Part shown: one piece after another, positions 25,158 to 38,855 of the stretch
Numbering within the stretch: the first letter of the stretch is position 1
Layout of the letters: each line of letters starts with the position of its first letter
Sequence record: MF327004
DNA length: 64,000 bases
Source: Shigella phage Sf17
Strand: one strand, 5' to 3'
Program-made: the position numbers and the translations under genes
The notes under the pieces: generated by a model
The model's database searches: none
What the model saw: the letters and a program-made list of their open reading frames with translations, nothing else
Told to the model about the DNA's origin: nothing

Positions 25158-25607
25158 ATGTGTTATACAGGCGACCCCGCTAATAACCCTCTTGATAGAG
25201 TTCGAATCCTCTGCACCGATACTGACAACAATGAAATCCTCATTGACCAATCGGTGCTAGAGTGGTTCTACCAAGAATCTGGAAAGGATGAAAAGAAAGC
25301 AGCCATCAAAGCTCTTAAATATTTACTCTTTCAAGTAGCCAAGATGGGAGATGAGAAAGTTGGTGGTGTTTATTTACGAAACTCTTCCAGATTCAAATCT
25401 CTGAAAGCTGTCTATGACGACCTAGTTAAAAGCTCTGTTAGTGGCCTCCCTTATGCGGGTGGTATTAACCAGTGTGATATTGACATGCGTCGTCAAAATC
25501 CTTGCTCTGTCAAGAAATATACTGAATATGGCGATGCTGTTAGATACTACGGTAGAGATTACTGTGAACGTGTCAATGGTGTATTTATTATCGAGCGAGA
25601 TGAATAA
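25158..25607 (+). CDS. hypothetical head-tail joining protein
   Basis: ORF between capsid and tail genes. Confidence 0.45.
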   Translation: MCYTGDPANNPLDRVRILCTDTDNNEILIDQSVLEWFYQESGKDEKKAAIKALKYLLFQVAKMGDEKVGGVYLRNSSRFKSLKAVYDDLVKSSVSGLPYAGGINQCDIDMRRQNPCSVKKYTEYGDAVRYYGRDYCERVNGVFIIERDE

Positions 25608-26089
25608 TGGTTAAAAGGGTTATTCACCCCGCTAGAGCTAAATTAGTCGGGGCTATGAAGAACTTGCATACGGCTAATGCTCAAGTTGGGTATTTTCAGG
25701 AACAAGGTCAACATAGCTCTGGTTTTTCTTACTCTGCTTTAATGTACTTGCATGAAGTTATTGGTGTACCAGCAGCTTCAGGTAAAGTATATCGTAGGTT
25801 GTTTGAAATTACTATGATGTTACACAGACAGACCTTGTTAGAGCAGACTAAGAAGAATCTCTATAAGCAATTAAACAGTCTTAATACTGACCCCTCAGAT
25901 ACTTTAGAAGCATTTGCAAAGAGTGCTCAGAAAGCAATTAAAAGAGGTTTTGGTAATACGGCTATATTACCTCCTAACGCTCCATCTACAGTTAAAAAGA
26001 AAGGCTTCAATGCCCCTCTTGTAGAAACTGGAGATTTACGAGATAACCTTGCTTATAAAATCTCTACTAAGAAAGGTATTAAAAAATGA
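25607..26089 (+). CDS. hypothetical head-tail joining protein
   Basis: ORF with overlapping start/stop. Confidence 0.45.
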   Translation: MVKRVIHPARAKLVGAMKNLHTANAQVGYFQEQGQHSSGFSYSALMYLHEVIGVPAASGKVYRRLFEITMMLHRQTLLEQTKKNLYKQLNSLNTDPSDTLEAFAKSAQKAIKRGFGNTAILPPNAPSTVKKKGFNAPLVETGDLRDNLAYKISTKKGIKK

Positions 26090-26487
26090 GACTCTTAAAT
26101 AGACACAGCTTTGTAGTTAAAAGAAAGGTATCTGAAGATGGTCATTACAATGAAGATGGTGATTGGGTAGTTTCACAGGATATTGTATCAATTAACTGCA
26201 AAGGTAATATCCAACCTTATATTAAGGGTTCTGTAAAGAATGGTACACAGATTGTTTTACCTGAAGGTATCAGACTGACAGATACAAGAATCCTTTTCAC
26301 TGTAGCTGAGTTAAGAACGTCTGATGATGTTGATTGGACTGAAGCTGATATTGTCATGATTAAGGGACACGAATACGAAGTCTTTATGACAATGGATTGG
26401 TCTGAACAATTAGCTCACACATCCCATTATGAGTATATCATTATTAGAAGGGATAAGATGAATGCAGTTAGAAACAGCAGAACTTGA
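26086..26487 (+). CDS. hypothetical head-tail joining protein
   Basis: ORF with overlapping start/stop. Confidence 0.45.
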   Translation: MRLLNRHSFVVKRKVSEDGHYNEDGDWVVSQDIVSINCKGNIQPYIKGSVKNGTQIVLPEGIRLTDTRILFTVAELRTSDDVDWTEADIVMIKGHEYEVFMTMDWSEQLAHTSHYEYIIIRRDKMNAVRNSRT

Positions 26488-27061
26488 GAAAGGTATTGTC
26501 CGAGTTTTGGTTGATGTTATTGGTCACCGTTTAGCGAGAGACAAGAATAACAGACCAAATGTTATTAGGGCTTACCCTTCAGATAATTCCAATGATAAAG
26601 GTCTGAAACCAGACCAACCTTTTATTACAGTATACTGTCAAGATGCTACCACACCTTATGGTTGGGTTCTTGATAAGTTCGTGGAAGATGATGTAGTTTG
26701 TTATAGAATTGCTTTTCAGATTCCTGTACTGATTACTGTAAATGGTAAAGGTGCTCACAGTATTATGCTTGAGCTAAAACAAAGATTAGAGATGAGTACT
26801 ACAAGAGATTATCTAGCTGACATGACAGGTGCTTCAGTACTTGATACAGGGGCTATCCCGAATGATTATACTTATCTCAACACAGATTTTGAAAATTCTG
26901 CACCTCTTGTTGTAACCCTTGTAAAAAATTCAGTATTAAAAGATGAGCGTGGAAGTATTATCGAGCGTATCATTGTGGATGGTGAATTGGTTTACGAGGA
27001 AGGACAGGAGCCACCAGAATATACTATCCATCTAGATGTAGACTCCAAAGGGGTAAAATAA
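26462..27061 (+). CDS. hypothetical tail completion protein
   Basis: ORF immediately before putative sheath gene. Confidence 0.45.
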   Translation: MQLETAELEKGIVRVLVDVIGHRLARDKNNRPNVIRAYPSDNSNDKGLKPDQPFITVYCQDATTPYGWVLDKFVEDDVVCYRIAFQIPVLITVNGKGAHSIMLELKQRLEMSTTRDYLADMTGASVLDTGAIPNDYTYLNTDFENSAPLVVTLVKNSVLKDERGSIIERIIVDGELVYEEGQEPPEYTIHLDVDSKGVK

Positions 27062-28414
27062 ATGTGGAATCCAATTGTTAATGTAGATATTACATTGAAC
27101 ACAGCAGGAACTACAAGAGAAGGTTTTGGTTTACCATTATTCCTTGCTTCAACAGATAACTTTGAAGAAAGAATCCGTGGTTATACTTCATTAACAGAAG
27201 TAGCTGAAGACTTTGATGAAAGCACTGCTGCGTATAAAGCTGCAAAACAGCTATGGAGCCAAACTCCAAAAGTAACTCAACTGTATATTGGTAGAAGAAC
27301 TATGCAATATACTGTTTCTATTCCCGACACAGTGGCTGAAGGGAGTGAATATTCATTGACAGTTGCTATTGGTGGTGGTGTTTCTCAGCCATTCCAGTAC
27401 ACTGCAAAAGAAAGCGACACAGCACTTATTGTCTTGAATGAGTTTAAATCACAGATTGAAGCAAGCCCAACAATTAAAGATGGTGTTAATGTTAGTGTAA
27501 CAGGTACTGGTGCTTCTGCGACGATGATTATTACTAAAGCTGGTGATAATGACTTCGTAAAAGTAACGTCTATTACACCTACAACATCTATTGCAGCAAC
27601 AACTGCTGACACGGCTTCCGCTGCTCTGGCATCCATTGAAACATATTCAACAGATTGGTACTTCATCTCAGCAGAAGACAGAACTCAACAGTTTGTCTTA
27701 GCAATGGCTTCAGAGATTCAGGCTCGTAAGAAGATTTTCTTCACAGCTAATGCTGACGTTAAGGCTCTGCAAGGCACTGATTTGACCTCTGCAACAGATG
27801 TTCCAGCACAGTTAGCTAAGAGCAAGTACACTCGTACAGTTTGCTTGTGGCATCACACAGCCGAGTTTGACTACCCAGAAATGGCTTACATTGCATATGG
27901 TGCTCCATACGATGCAGGTTCAATTGCTTGGGGTAACGCTCAGTTAACTGGTGTTGCAGCATCCCTACAACCTGCTAACCAGAGACCACTGACAAGCATT
28001 CAGAAGTCAGCTTTGGATACCCGTAGCTGTAACTTCATTGACCTCGATGGTGGGGTTCCTGTAGTGCGCAGAGGTATCACTTCTGGTGGTGAATGGATTG
28101 ATATTGTACGTGGTGTTGATTGGCTTGAATCTGATTTGAAAACATCTCTGAGAGACTTGCTAATTAATCAGAAGGGTGGTAAGATTACTTATGATGATAC
28201 TGGTATTACCCGTATTCGTCAGGTCATTGAAACATCTCTTCAGCGAGCAGTTAACAGAAACTTTTTGTCAACTTACACCGTTACTGTTCCTAAAGCCTCA
28301 CAAGTTGCATTGGCAGATAAGAAAGCACGTATCCTGAAAGACATTACCTTCCACGGTATTCTTGCAGGGGCTATCTTGGATGTTGACTTGAAAGGCACAG
28401 TGGCTTACGAATAA
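27062..28414 (+). CDS. putative tail sheath protein
   Basis: 450-aa ORF followed by a ~148-aa tube-sized gene, frameshifted chaperone pair and tape measure; contractile-tail gene order. Confidence 0.5.
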   Translation: MWNPIVNVDITLNTAGTTREGFGLPLFLASTDNFEERIRGYTSLTEVAEDFDESTAAYKAAKQLWSQTPKVTQLYIGRRTMQYTVSIPDTVAEGSEYSLTVAIGGGVSQPFQYTAKESDTALIVLNEFKSQIEASPTIKDGVNVSVTGTGASATMIITKAGDNDFVKVTSITPTTSIAATTADTASAALASIETYSTDWYFISAEDRTQQFVLAMASEIQARKKIFFTANADVKALQGTDLTSATDVPAQLAKSKYTRTVCLWHHTAEFDYPEMAYIAYGAPYDAGSIAWGNAQLTGVAASLQPANQRPLTSIQKSALDTRSCNFIDLDGGVPVVRRGITSGGEWIDIVRGVDWLESDLKTSLRDLLINQKGGKITYDDTGITRIRQVIETSLQRAVNRNFLSTYTVTVPKASQVALADKKARILKDITFHGILAGAILDVDLKGTVAYE

Positions 28415-28428
28415 AGGAGTAATTAGGA

Positions 28429-28875
28429 ATGGCTATGTATCAGCAATATTCCCCTAAAGATGTAGTTTGTAGCTGGAATGGCATTGCCATTGAAGGTTTT
28501 GCACCAGACTCATTCTTGCGTCTTCAGAGAAACTCTCCACTTGTTACGCAAGTTGTAGGTGCAGGTGGTCAAGTGGCTCTGACAAGAAATGCAGACAAGA
28601 CAGGTACGATTGAGATTGAGCTAATGCAGACTTCTCTATCAAACCAGATGCTTTCTGCAATTCAAGCTAAACAAGATGACATGGAACTTGAAGAAGATAT
28701 CTCATCTAACTTTGTAATTTACGACCCATCTGGTTCAGTTCTGGCAACAGGTATTAATGCTTGGTTGCAAGAGCTTCCACAGATTGAATTAGGTCGTGAC
28801 CAGAACTCGAAAACTTGGATTTTCGGTTGTGAGAAGTTAGACTACACTTCAACAATCCCTGCGTCAAGCGTTTAA
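28429..28875 (+). CDS. putative tail tube protein
   Basis: 148-aa ORF between sheath and chaperone genes. Confidence 0.45.
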   Translation: MAMYQQYSPKDVVCSWNGIAIEGFAPDSFLRLQRNSPLVTQVVGAGGQVALTRNADKTGTIEIELMQTSLSNQMLSAIQAKQDDMELEEDISSNFVIYDPSGSVLATGINAWLQELPQIELGRDQNSKTWIFGCEKLDYTSTIPASSV

Positions 28876-28951
28876 CAAATCCTAATAAGGGGGAGACTGT
28901 AAAAGGTCTTCCCCTTTTGTGTTTTTATAGCATAACTTTTAAGGAATCACA

Positions 28952-29353
28952 ATGAAGACTGAAACTAAAATGATTAACGGCAAGAAGGTAACTATTATTC
29001 TTCTTGGAGCAAGAGATGGTATCCGTATCTCTATGAAACTTGGTAAAGCAGTTGTACCAGCATTTGCACAGATGTTCTCTGGTTTAACCTCTAAAGATGG
29101 GGAAGCTAAAATCCCATTTAAAGAACTCGTTGAAGCTTGCTTTGAAAAGGTTGACGAACTAGATATTGATGCAATGGCAGAGACACTATTTCAGGGGGCA
29201 ACAGTTAACGACTTCCCACTGAAAATTGATAGTTACTTCCAAGCGAACTACGGTGAATTTATTGACTTCTTAGCTTTTGCTTTGGAGGCAAACTTCGGAA
29301 GTTTTTTCGAGGCAAGCATTTTCAAAAGCCTAACTTCTCAGCAGGAAGCTTAA
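28952..29353 (+). CDS. tail assembly chaperone (G/E-type, zero-frame product)
   Basis: 133-aa ORF immediately upstream of tape measure gene with slippery site near its 3-prime end. Confidence 0.6.
   Translation: MKTETKMINGKKVTIILLGARDGIRISMKLGKAVVPAFAQMFSGLTSKDGEAKIPFKELVEACFEKVDELDIDAMAETLFQGATVNDFPLKIDSYFQANYGEFIDFLAFALEANFGSFFEASIFKSLTSQQEA
29302..29308 (+). promoter_or_regulatory. -1 programmed ribosomal frameshift slippery heptamer T_TTT_TTC
   Basis: Zero-frame codons TTT-TTC at 29303-29308; -1 frame from 29308 is open through ORF 29362-29589. Confidence 0.6.
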
Positions 29354-29589
29354 GTTATTCTATGCAGACCCCGCTGACTGACGGGGCTGTAAAGGCAACT
29401 TATGATGAAGCAGATGAGATGAAATTTGTGCTTGCTATTTATGGTATGGATGGGTGTAAAGAAACACTCAACCAACTTTTTGATATGACCTTCGTTGATT
29501 TATTATCTCTACGTCAGTATTTAGAAATTCAGAAGTCATATAAAGAAGAAATGGCTTACAACGAACTCAGAAAAGCAGGTAAAATTTAA
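29308..29589 (+). CDS. -1 frame extension of tail assembly chaperone (GT/E-prime-type fusion segment)
   Basis: Frame entered from slippery site is uninterrupted to TAA at 29587-29589, which overlaps the tape measure start. Confidence 0.5.
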   Translation, partial: RGKHFQKPNFSAGSLSYSMQTPLTDGAVKATYDEADEMKFVLAIYGMDGCKETLNQLFDMTFVDLLSLRQYLEIQKSYKEEMAYNELRKAGKI

Positions 29590-31825
29590 TGGCACAATAT
29601 ACAGTTGATAGTTTTATTGTTGAACTTGGATTCAGTGAAAAGGTTGTTAAGGGTTTGCAAAGAGTTGAGAAAATGGCTATGCAGTCTGCTCAACGTATCG
29701 AACGTAATATCAATAAAGCCTTTGATGTGAAGCCTAATAGAAGTTCACAAGACGCTCTAAACAGACTTGTAAAAAACGCTCAGACTGCTTCAGGCAGAAT
29801 CAATAAATCCCTAAACAATGCTATGAATTTAGATTCACAAGGTGTAAAATCACTTCGTAGATTAGAAACACAGGGTAAGAAAACAGCCAAAGAAATTAAT
29901 AAGGCTCTAAGACAAGCTATGAATGTTGAAGGTAAAGTCAATGTTCGTGGTGGAGTTGGTAGAGGCCGTGGTAATACTATCCCTCCGGTTGGAGGTGGTG
30001 GTTCACCTAGAGTTAGACCTGATATTGCTCAAAGACAGATGGAAAGAATGTTTAATAACAACTTCTACTCTGGTTTGACTCGTCGTCTTGAAACAATTGG
30101 TGGACAAGGTAACCAAATGGCTACTTCCTTCAGAGGAAGCTTACAAGGAATCTATAATAAGTACAAAGGTAGTGGTAAAGTTGGTGAGTATGAGATGGAA
30201 GTCAAGAAACTCATTGACACTACCAAACGTTGGGTTATTGCAGAAAATGCTAGACTTAAGGCAGTCAGAGAGTCAGCTTGGTTACAAGACAGAGCAAACT
30301 CTTCACTAAGACAGCTTGTAGGTGGTTTTGTTTCAGCGTATGCTATGCTGGAATTAGCTCAGAAGACTATTGATGCAGGTGTAAAGAGACAGTCTGCACA
30401 GTTAGCCTCAACAGCTATCTTTGGAGGGGATACACAGCAAGCTAGAATGTTCGCTGCTACGTTCTCTCACCAGATTGGTCAGAACTACACAGACACTATG
30501 AAGCAGTACTCAAACTTCGCTGCTGGTGCTCAACCAGAGTTAGGTTTTAAAGGGACTCAAGAGTTCTATAAGAATGCTGCTATGTTCTCACGTATTCGTG
30601 GTGCTTCTGATGAAGACTTGAAAGGTATCATGGTTGCTTTCCAGCAAATGGCATCTAAAGGTAAGATTCAGGCTGAAGAACTTCGTGGACAGTTAGGTGA
30701 CCGTTTGGCAGGTGCTGTTCAGTTATTCTCTGATGCTATTGGTAAAACTCCACAAGAACTTGACAAGATGATGAAAGATGGTCAGCTTCTTGCTAAAGAC
30801 GTTCTACCAAAAGTCTCAGAAAAAATGAGAGAGCTTGTTGAAGCAGCAGGTGGTATGAATGCAGTTTCTAAGCAGACAGCCACCTCTATGGGTCAAGCAA
30901 AAGCTATGTGGGATAACACTCTTGTAGCACTTTTCAACAACTCTAGCGAAGGTATTTCACAACTCTCTAACTCAGTTGCAATGTTCTTGCAAGGTTCCCT
31001 TGGTACATCTGAAGCACTTGGTACAGGTATTGGTTACCTTTTAAAAGGTGCTAGTAACCTTCTAGACTTCGTGACAGATATCATGTACCGCATTTCTTCA
31101 TTGTACTATACCTCAATGGGCTATTTCAAGGAATTAGATGCTAGTCAACAGAAACTAATCAAGGATTCTGCTGAGTTAGTTGCTACGTTCACCGCTATTG
31201 GTGTCTCAATTGCAGCTATTACAAAAGTCGCTAAAATCTTTGGTGGTACTGTAGCATTTGTCAAGAGTATCTTTGAAGAAGGTATCTTAGCTAAGATTGC
31301 ACAGAAGTTTGGATTAACTACAGCAGCAGAAACAGCAGCTACAACGGCTGGTGTATCAGCAACCAGAATGGCTCTTGGTGTAGGTGGTTCTGCATTAATG
31401 TTATCTGGTTCAGTTGACAAGAATGCTGGAAAGAGATTTAACGAGGTTAACACACCTAATCCTTTCAATGAAGCTATCTCAGGAATCACTAATCCAAAAC
31501 GTCCAATGTTCTTTGACCAGAATGGACAACTTCAGTTTGCACAATATACCACAGACACTTCTGGAAATATTCAGAGAGTTGATAATGGTTTGTCAAATTG
31601 GGATATTATCATGAACAACCTGTCTGAGTCTCTAAATAACTTTGCAAACAAGTTTAACCAGACACCTATGATGATGACTCCTTCTGGACTACCATTGCAA
31701 ACTAAGCAGACGCTTCACGTTTCCTTTAATCTGGATGGTAAGCAGATTGCTACTAAGATGGTGGATATCACTGATAAGAGTCAGGAAGATATTCTGTTAA
31801 ACTCTAGCTACCCAGAGGATGAATA

Positions 31826-31826
<1 letters not shown>
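29589..31826 (+). CDS. tail tape measure protein
   Basis: 745-aa Ala/Gly-rich largely helical protein directly after frameshifted chaperone genes. Confidence 0.7.
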
Positions 31827-34587
<2,761 letters not shown>

Positions 34588-34588
<1 letters not shown>

Positions 34589-35004
34589 TGAAAACAGATT
34601 TTGCAATCAATCTTGGTGGTGACTACGTAGCTAAATTAGGAAATGATTCTGTATACGTTGCTCACGGAGATTTAAAAATTACGGGTAATCAGATTAGAAT
34701 TATCCCAGAAGACGATAAAGCTACTCAGGTAGCTCAAAGATTACATATTAGGTGTCTTCTAAGGGCTGGAGAAGTATTCTTTAATACATCTGCTGGATTC
34801 CCTTATTTACAGCTTGCGAAGTTCAAGCAGAAGACCTCTATTTTTGATAATTATATGAAAGGTTACCTTGTTGAAACGAGAGATGTAACAAACATCTACA
34901 ACTACTCTTCAACAATGGATAATGCAATGAGAAAAGTGTCAGTAAGATTTAATGCAACGACAACTGCTGACGATGTTGAAATTAATACAGAGGTAAACAT
35001 TTAA
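34588..35004 (+). CDS. putative baseplate wedge protein (gp25/gpW-like)
   Basis: 138-aa ORF between spike-like and J-like genes. Confidence 0.4.
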
Positions 35005-36473
35005 TGGCTGGATTAACAACTACAGGTTTACAAACAAAAAGATATCAAGAAATCTTGGATGATGTTAAAGCAAGTCTGTATAGAGATATCTCACCAAACC
35101 TTGATGTTTCTGAAGATAGCGAACTTGGGTTATTCTTAGCTTCTGTTTGCCGAGGTCTTGCAGACGTTCATGAAATCTTGTCAGAAATCTATGATGGTGG
35201 TACTATTGACAAAGCTGAAGGATTCAGTTTAGATGATGTAACAGCTTTGAATGCTGTATACAGATATGTGGCACAGGCTACAAGAGGTCAAGCTGAGTTC
35301 ACTGGTAATTCTGGTGCTCCTGTACCAGCCACTACAAGATTAAGAAGCACAGCAGGTAACATCTTTTACCCTGTGTCAACTTTCACACTGACTCCATCTT
35401 ACTGTGTAGAGGCAAACTTAGAAGTTAACTCTTTACGAACAGATGCAAACTATGTTATTATCATTGACAACATTGAGTATTCATATCAGCCGACTAGTTC
35501 TGATACCATTACAACATTGCTACAGAAACTTGCAGATGCTATTAATGGTGGTATTATTGCAAAGGCTGAAGTTACTAATGATGGTTCAGTTCTGAGAATC
35601 TATAAAGACACTGGAGATATCATTGCCAGAACTAACCCTATGGTTGTTACTGCAACGACATTCTTAACATTTACAAAGATTACTTCAATCAGTGACGTTG
35701 TAGCAGATGAAACTGGAGCTATCCAGACTCTTGCAGGAACCTTGATTGAGATTGAAACAACTGTAGATGGTCTCGATAGTGTTTTCAACAGATATGACTT
35801 GACAACAGGTCGTGATGAGGAAACTGACACAGAACTGAGACAACGTTACTTAGAATCTCTGGCTGTTACTGGTGTAGGTACTCTAGATGCTATTGTAGCT
35901 GCTGTCAAGAGAGTTCAAGGTGTGTCTGATGCTTCTGGTGTAGAAAATGATACTGAGACAACAAACTCTGATGGTCTTCCTCCGAAGTCTTTTAAGATTG
36001 TTGTAGTTGGTGGTCAGAATGATAATATTGCACAGGCAATCTGGGACACGAAACCTGCTGGTATTCGCCCATATGGTTCAATCTTTGGGACTGCATATGA
36101 CTTAGGTTCTCTCCCTCACGACGTTTACTTTAGTAGACCAATGCCTAAATACGTTTTTGTCAAGGTTACTTACTCTCTTTACGATGAAGAAACTCTTAAC
36201 ATCCCTGAGCAGGATATTCATGACAGAATTGTTCAAGGTATTAATGCCTACGGTAGAACTTTGAAAGTTGGTAACGATGTAATCCCTAACAGAATCTATG
36301 GACATATCTATGATGTGATTCAAGGTATCGAGATTAATGAGATTAAGGTTGCACTTTCAAATAACCAAGCAATTCCACCTGCTGAGGGGCAGTACACAAC
36401 CTCAAGAATCACTATTGATGGTGACCAGTACACTGTTTGGGAAAGCTCACAGTATACAATTACCAAGGAGTAA
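35004..36473 (+). CDS. putative baseplate J-like protein
   Basis: 489-aa ORF in conserved baseplate position. Confidence 0.5.
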   Translation: MAGLTTTGLQTKRYQEILDDVKASLYRDISPNLDVSEDSELGLFLASVCRGLADVHEILSEIYDGGTIDKAEGFSLDDVTALNAVYRYVAQATRGQAEFTGNSGAPVPATTRLRSTAGNIFYPVSTFTLTPSYCVEANLEVNSLRTDANYVIIIDNIEYSYQPTSSDTITTLLQKLADAINGGIIAKAEVTNDGSVLRIYKDTGDIIARTNPMVVTATTFLTFTKITSISDVVADETGAIQTLAGTLIEIETTVDGLDSVFNRYDLTTGRDEETDTELRQRYLESLAVTGVGTLDAIVAAVKRVQGVSDASGVENDTETTNSDGLPPKSFKIVVVGGQNDNIAQAIWDTKPAGIRPYGSIFGTAYDLGSLPHDVYFSRPMPKYVFVKVTYSLYDEETLNIPEQDIHDRIVQGINAYGRTLKVGNDVIPNRIYGHIYDVIQGIEINEIKVALSNNQAIPPAEGQYTTSRITIDGDQYTVWESSQYTITKE

Positions 36474-36475
36474 CA

Positions 36476-37333
36476 ATGTTTAAAAAGATTGAAAACTTTT
36501 ATGAGAAAACATTGGACGAAAGAACTGTAACTCAATTCAAAGATAAGTTTATTTACACAAGTCTATTGAAATCTATCACAGATGAGTTACAATTATTAGA
36601 GGATATCAGTAATCAGTTATATACTGAAAGAAATATTCGTGTAGGTGTTGGCACACAACTTGATAACATCGGGGCTTTGATTAAAGTCCCTAGACCTATT
36701 GGTGCTGATGATGACACTTACAGAGCTATCCTCTACATTCAAATTTTCTTAAGACGTTCTGACACCACACCAAGCTTCTTACAAAGAGCTGTTATGACTC
36801 TTTACAACGCATCATTCAGCCAGATTTTTGAGCACATTACGCCAATGACTGGTGGAATTGTTATCCGTGTAAACACTCGTAATAACGTGTTAGATACAGC
36901 ATACACACTTTCTAAGATTGCTGCAACAACTATTGGTTCAGCAGTTATCCTTAGAGATGTTACCTTAAATGGTACTGCTTGGACTCCTGTAGAGGTTGCT
37001 GATTCATCTCTGGCAATTACTGATGAGAACAATAACTGGTTTGTAACAAACACTAACAAGGGTCTTATTACGAACAACACAGGTGGCTCTCTAGAAGCAA
37101 ATAAATTAGGTAGTTTTGCAGATGCAGGTGTAAGGGATGGTTATGTAAGAGTGGATAAAACTGGTGGAAGTACCAGTAAAGATTATTTAAAAGTCAGCAA
37201 AACAAACAATAGCAACGACTATTTCATTGCTGGTAAAGAAACAGTAGCAGGTGGTGATTATGGGATTATGGCAGAAGTCGCCCAAATCGTCAAAGGCAGA
37301 AAAGATAAATCTCAACAAGAAGGAAGTTCATAA
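36476..37333 (+). CDS. putative baseplate/tail fiber-associated protein (start trimmed from 36437)
   Basis: AAGGAG ribosome-binding site before ATG at 36476, after the upstream stop. Confidence 0.45.
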   Translation: MFKKIENFYEKTLDERTVTQFKDKFIYTSLLKSITDELQLLEDISNQLYTERNIRVGVGTQLDNIGALIKVPRPIGADDDTYRAILYIQIFLRRSDTTPSFLQRAVMTLYNASFSQIFEHITPMTGGIVIRVNTRNNVLDTAYTLSKIAATTIGSAVILRDVTLNGTAWTPVEVADSSLAITDENNNWFVTNTNKGLITNNTGGSLEANKLGSFADAGVRDGYVRVDKTGGSTSKDYLKVSKTNNSNDYFIAGKETVAGGDYGIMAEVAQIVKGRKDKSQQEGSS

Positions 37334-37632
37334 TGTCTCTTTCATGGTCTACAGATACAGTTGATGCTGATGGTAACCAGCTTAAAGTTTTACCACCTCC
37401 AGAAATTCAAGCCACTGGCCTATTAAGGGGTGAGCCTATGGGTCGTCAGTGGTTTAACTATATTATCAACTATTTGCTTAACAAAGTAAATGGTACGGTT
37501 GGAGAGGTTCGTTCATTTGCTACGGAGCAACCTGATTTAGTTTCCAATGGTTGGGAATTAATTGACACAGTAACAGGAACTGCACCCACTAGCACGACTA
37601 ACCTTTACACATACGAATATAAAGGGAGCTAA
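37333..37632 (+). CDS. hypothetical tail protein (99 aa)
   Basis: ORF between baseplate and tail fiber genes. Confidence 0.45.
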   Translation: MSLSWSTDTVDADGNQLKVLPPPEIQATGLLRGEPMGRQWFNYIINYLLNKVNGTVGEVRSFATEQPDLVSNGWELIDTVTGTAPTSTTNLYTYEYKGS

Positions 37633-37634
37633 TA

Positions 37635-38810
37635 ATGCCAGTAGGTGAAATTCAAATTAGTGCATTGCCTCAAGCCTCGTTGCCTATTGATTTAAGTGAT
37701 ATCTTTCACCTTAAGCAAGGTATTGAGGATAAACGATGCACACTTGAGCAATTACTTGCTCCACACGCATCTTTAAGAAATAACCCACACGGTGTTACAA
37801 AGGTTCACGTAGAACTTGGTAATGTTGTTAACGCACTCCAATTAGTGGCTGCTAATAACTTGTCAGACGTGGTTAGTGTTGAAGAGGCTAGGCAGAACCT
37901 TAATATTCTATCAAGTGATGAAGTTAATGCTCTTATCCAGAATCACATTAATGACAAGAATAACCCTCACAACACTAACAAGATTCAAGTAGGTTTGTCT
38001 AATATTCAAAACTGGACATATTCAAACTCTTACTCTGAAGACGCTGATAAGTATGCTACTGCAAAAGCTGTGAATGCTTTATATAGAGCTATCCAGAATA
38101 GCTATCCAATCGGTACTATTCATTTGTCAGTTAACCCTGCAAACCCATCTACATATTTACTTTGTGGTGGTACTTGGGAGTTAGTTTCTAAAGGAAGGTC
38201 TCTTGTCGGTTATGACACAGATACAAGACCTGTAGAATCAGTATTTGGTTCTGCTACTGTAACACTTACACAAAATAACATTCCAAGTCACACACACTCT
38301 GTATTACTAACTGGTGGTGGACACTCCCACAATGCAACAGTAGTAATTTCTAACTTTGACTATGGGACTAAGAGCACATCAAGTTTTGATTATGGTTCTA
38401 AGGCCACAAACGACTCTGGAAGCCACGCTCATAACGTTAATGGTTCTGTAAGCAGTGCTGGTAGTCACAGCCACAGGATTCCATTGAGGGGTTCTGACAG
38501 GGGTGGTGTGAATGCTATTACGGCAACGGCTGATGCAGGTGTTGGTAATGCGTCATATACAGACTTTGATGGGGTTCACACACATACCTTCAACGTTAAT
38601 TCTTCAGTTGGTGGTAACCACTCTCACAGTGTGTATATCGGAGCACATGGACACAGTGTTGCAATTGGTTCACATGGACACTCAGGTACTGTGACAGTTC
38701 AATCTTCTGAGCACACTCACTCAGGTACAACTGGTGCATTTGGTGCTGGACAAGCATTTAATATTGAGCAACCTTCTTATGTTGTATATGTTTGGAAGAG
38801 AACTGCGTAA
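37635..38810 (+). CDS. tail fiber protein with C-terminal His-x-His repeat region
   Basis: C-terminal HTHSV, GHSHNA, SHAHNV, SHSHRI, HTHTF, NHSHSV, GAHGHSVAIGSHGHSG, EHTHSG; ends ...VWKRTA like the next gene. Confidence 0.65.
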   Translation: MPVGEIQISALPQASLPIDLSDIFHLKQGIEDKRCTLEQLLAPHASLRNNPHGVTKVHVELGNVVNALQLVAANNLSDVVSVEEARQNLNILSSDEVNALIQNHINDKNNPHNTNKIQVGLSNIQNWTYSNSYSEDADKYATAKAVNALYRAIQNSYPIGTIHLSVNPANPSTYLLCGGTWELVSKGRSLVGYDTDTRPVESVFGSATVTLTQNNIPSHTHSVLLTGGGHSHNATVVISNFDYGTKSTSSFDYGSKATNDSGSHAHNVNGSVSSAGSHSHRIPLRGSDRGGVNAITATADAGVGNASYTDFDGVHTHTFNVNSSVGGNHSHSVYIGAHGHSVAIGSHGHSGTVTVQSSEHTHSGTTGAFGAGQAFNIEQPSYVVYVWKRTA

Positions 38811-38855
38811 TTATTTTATAAGGGGCTACACAGCCCCTAGAAAGAGGATTTATAA

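Noticed and set aside
38281-38760. His-rich segments as a separate metal-binding or transporter gene
   Set aside because: The HxH repeats sit within continuous tail-fiber reading frames and fit fiber-tip metal coordination
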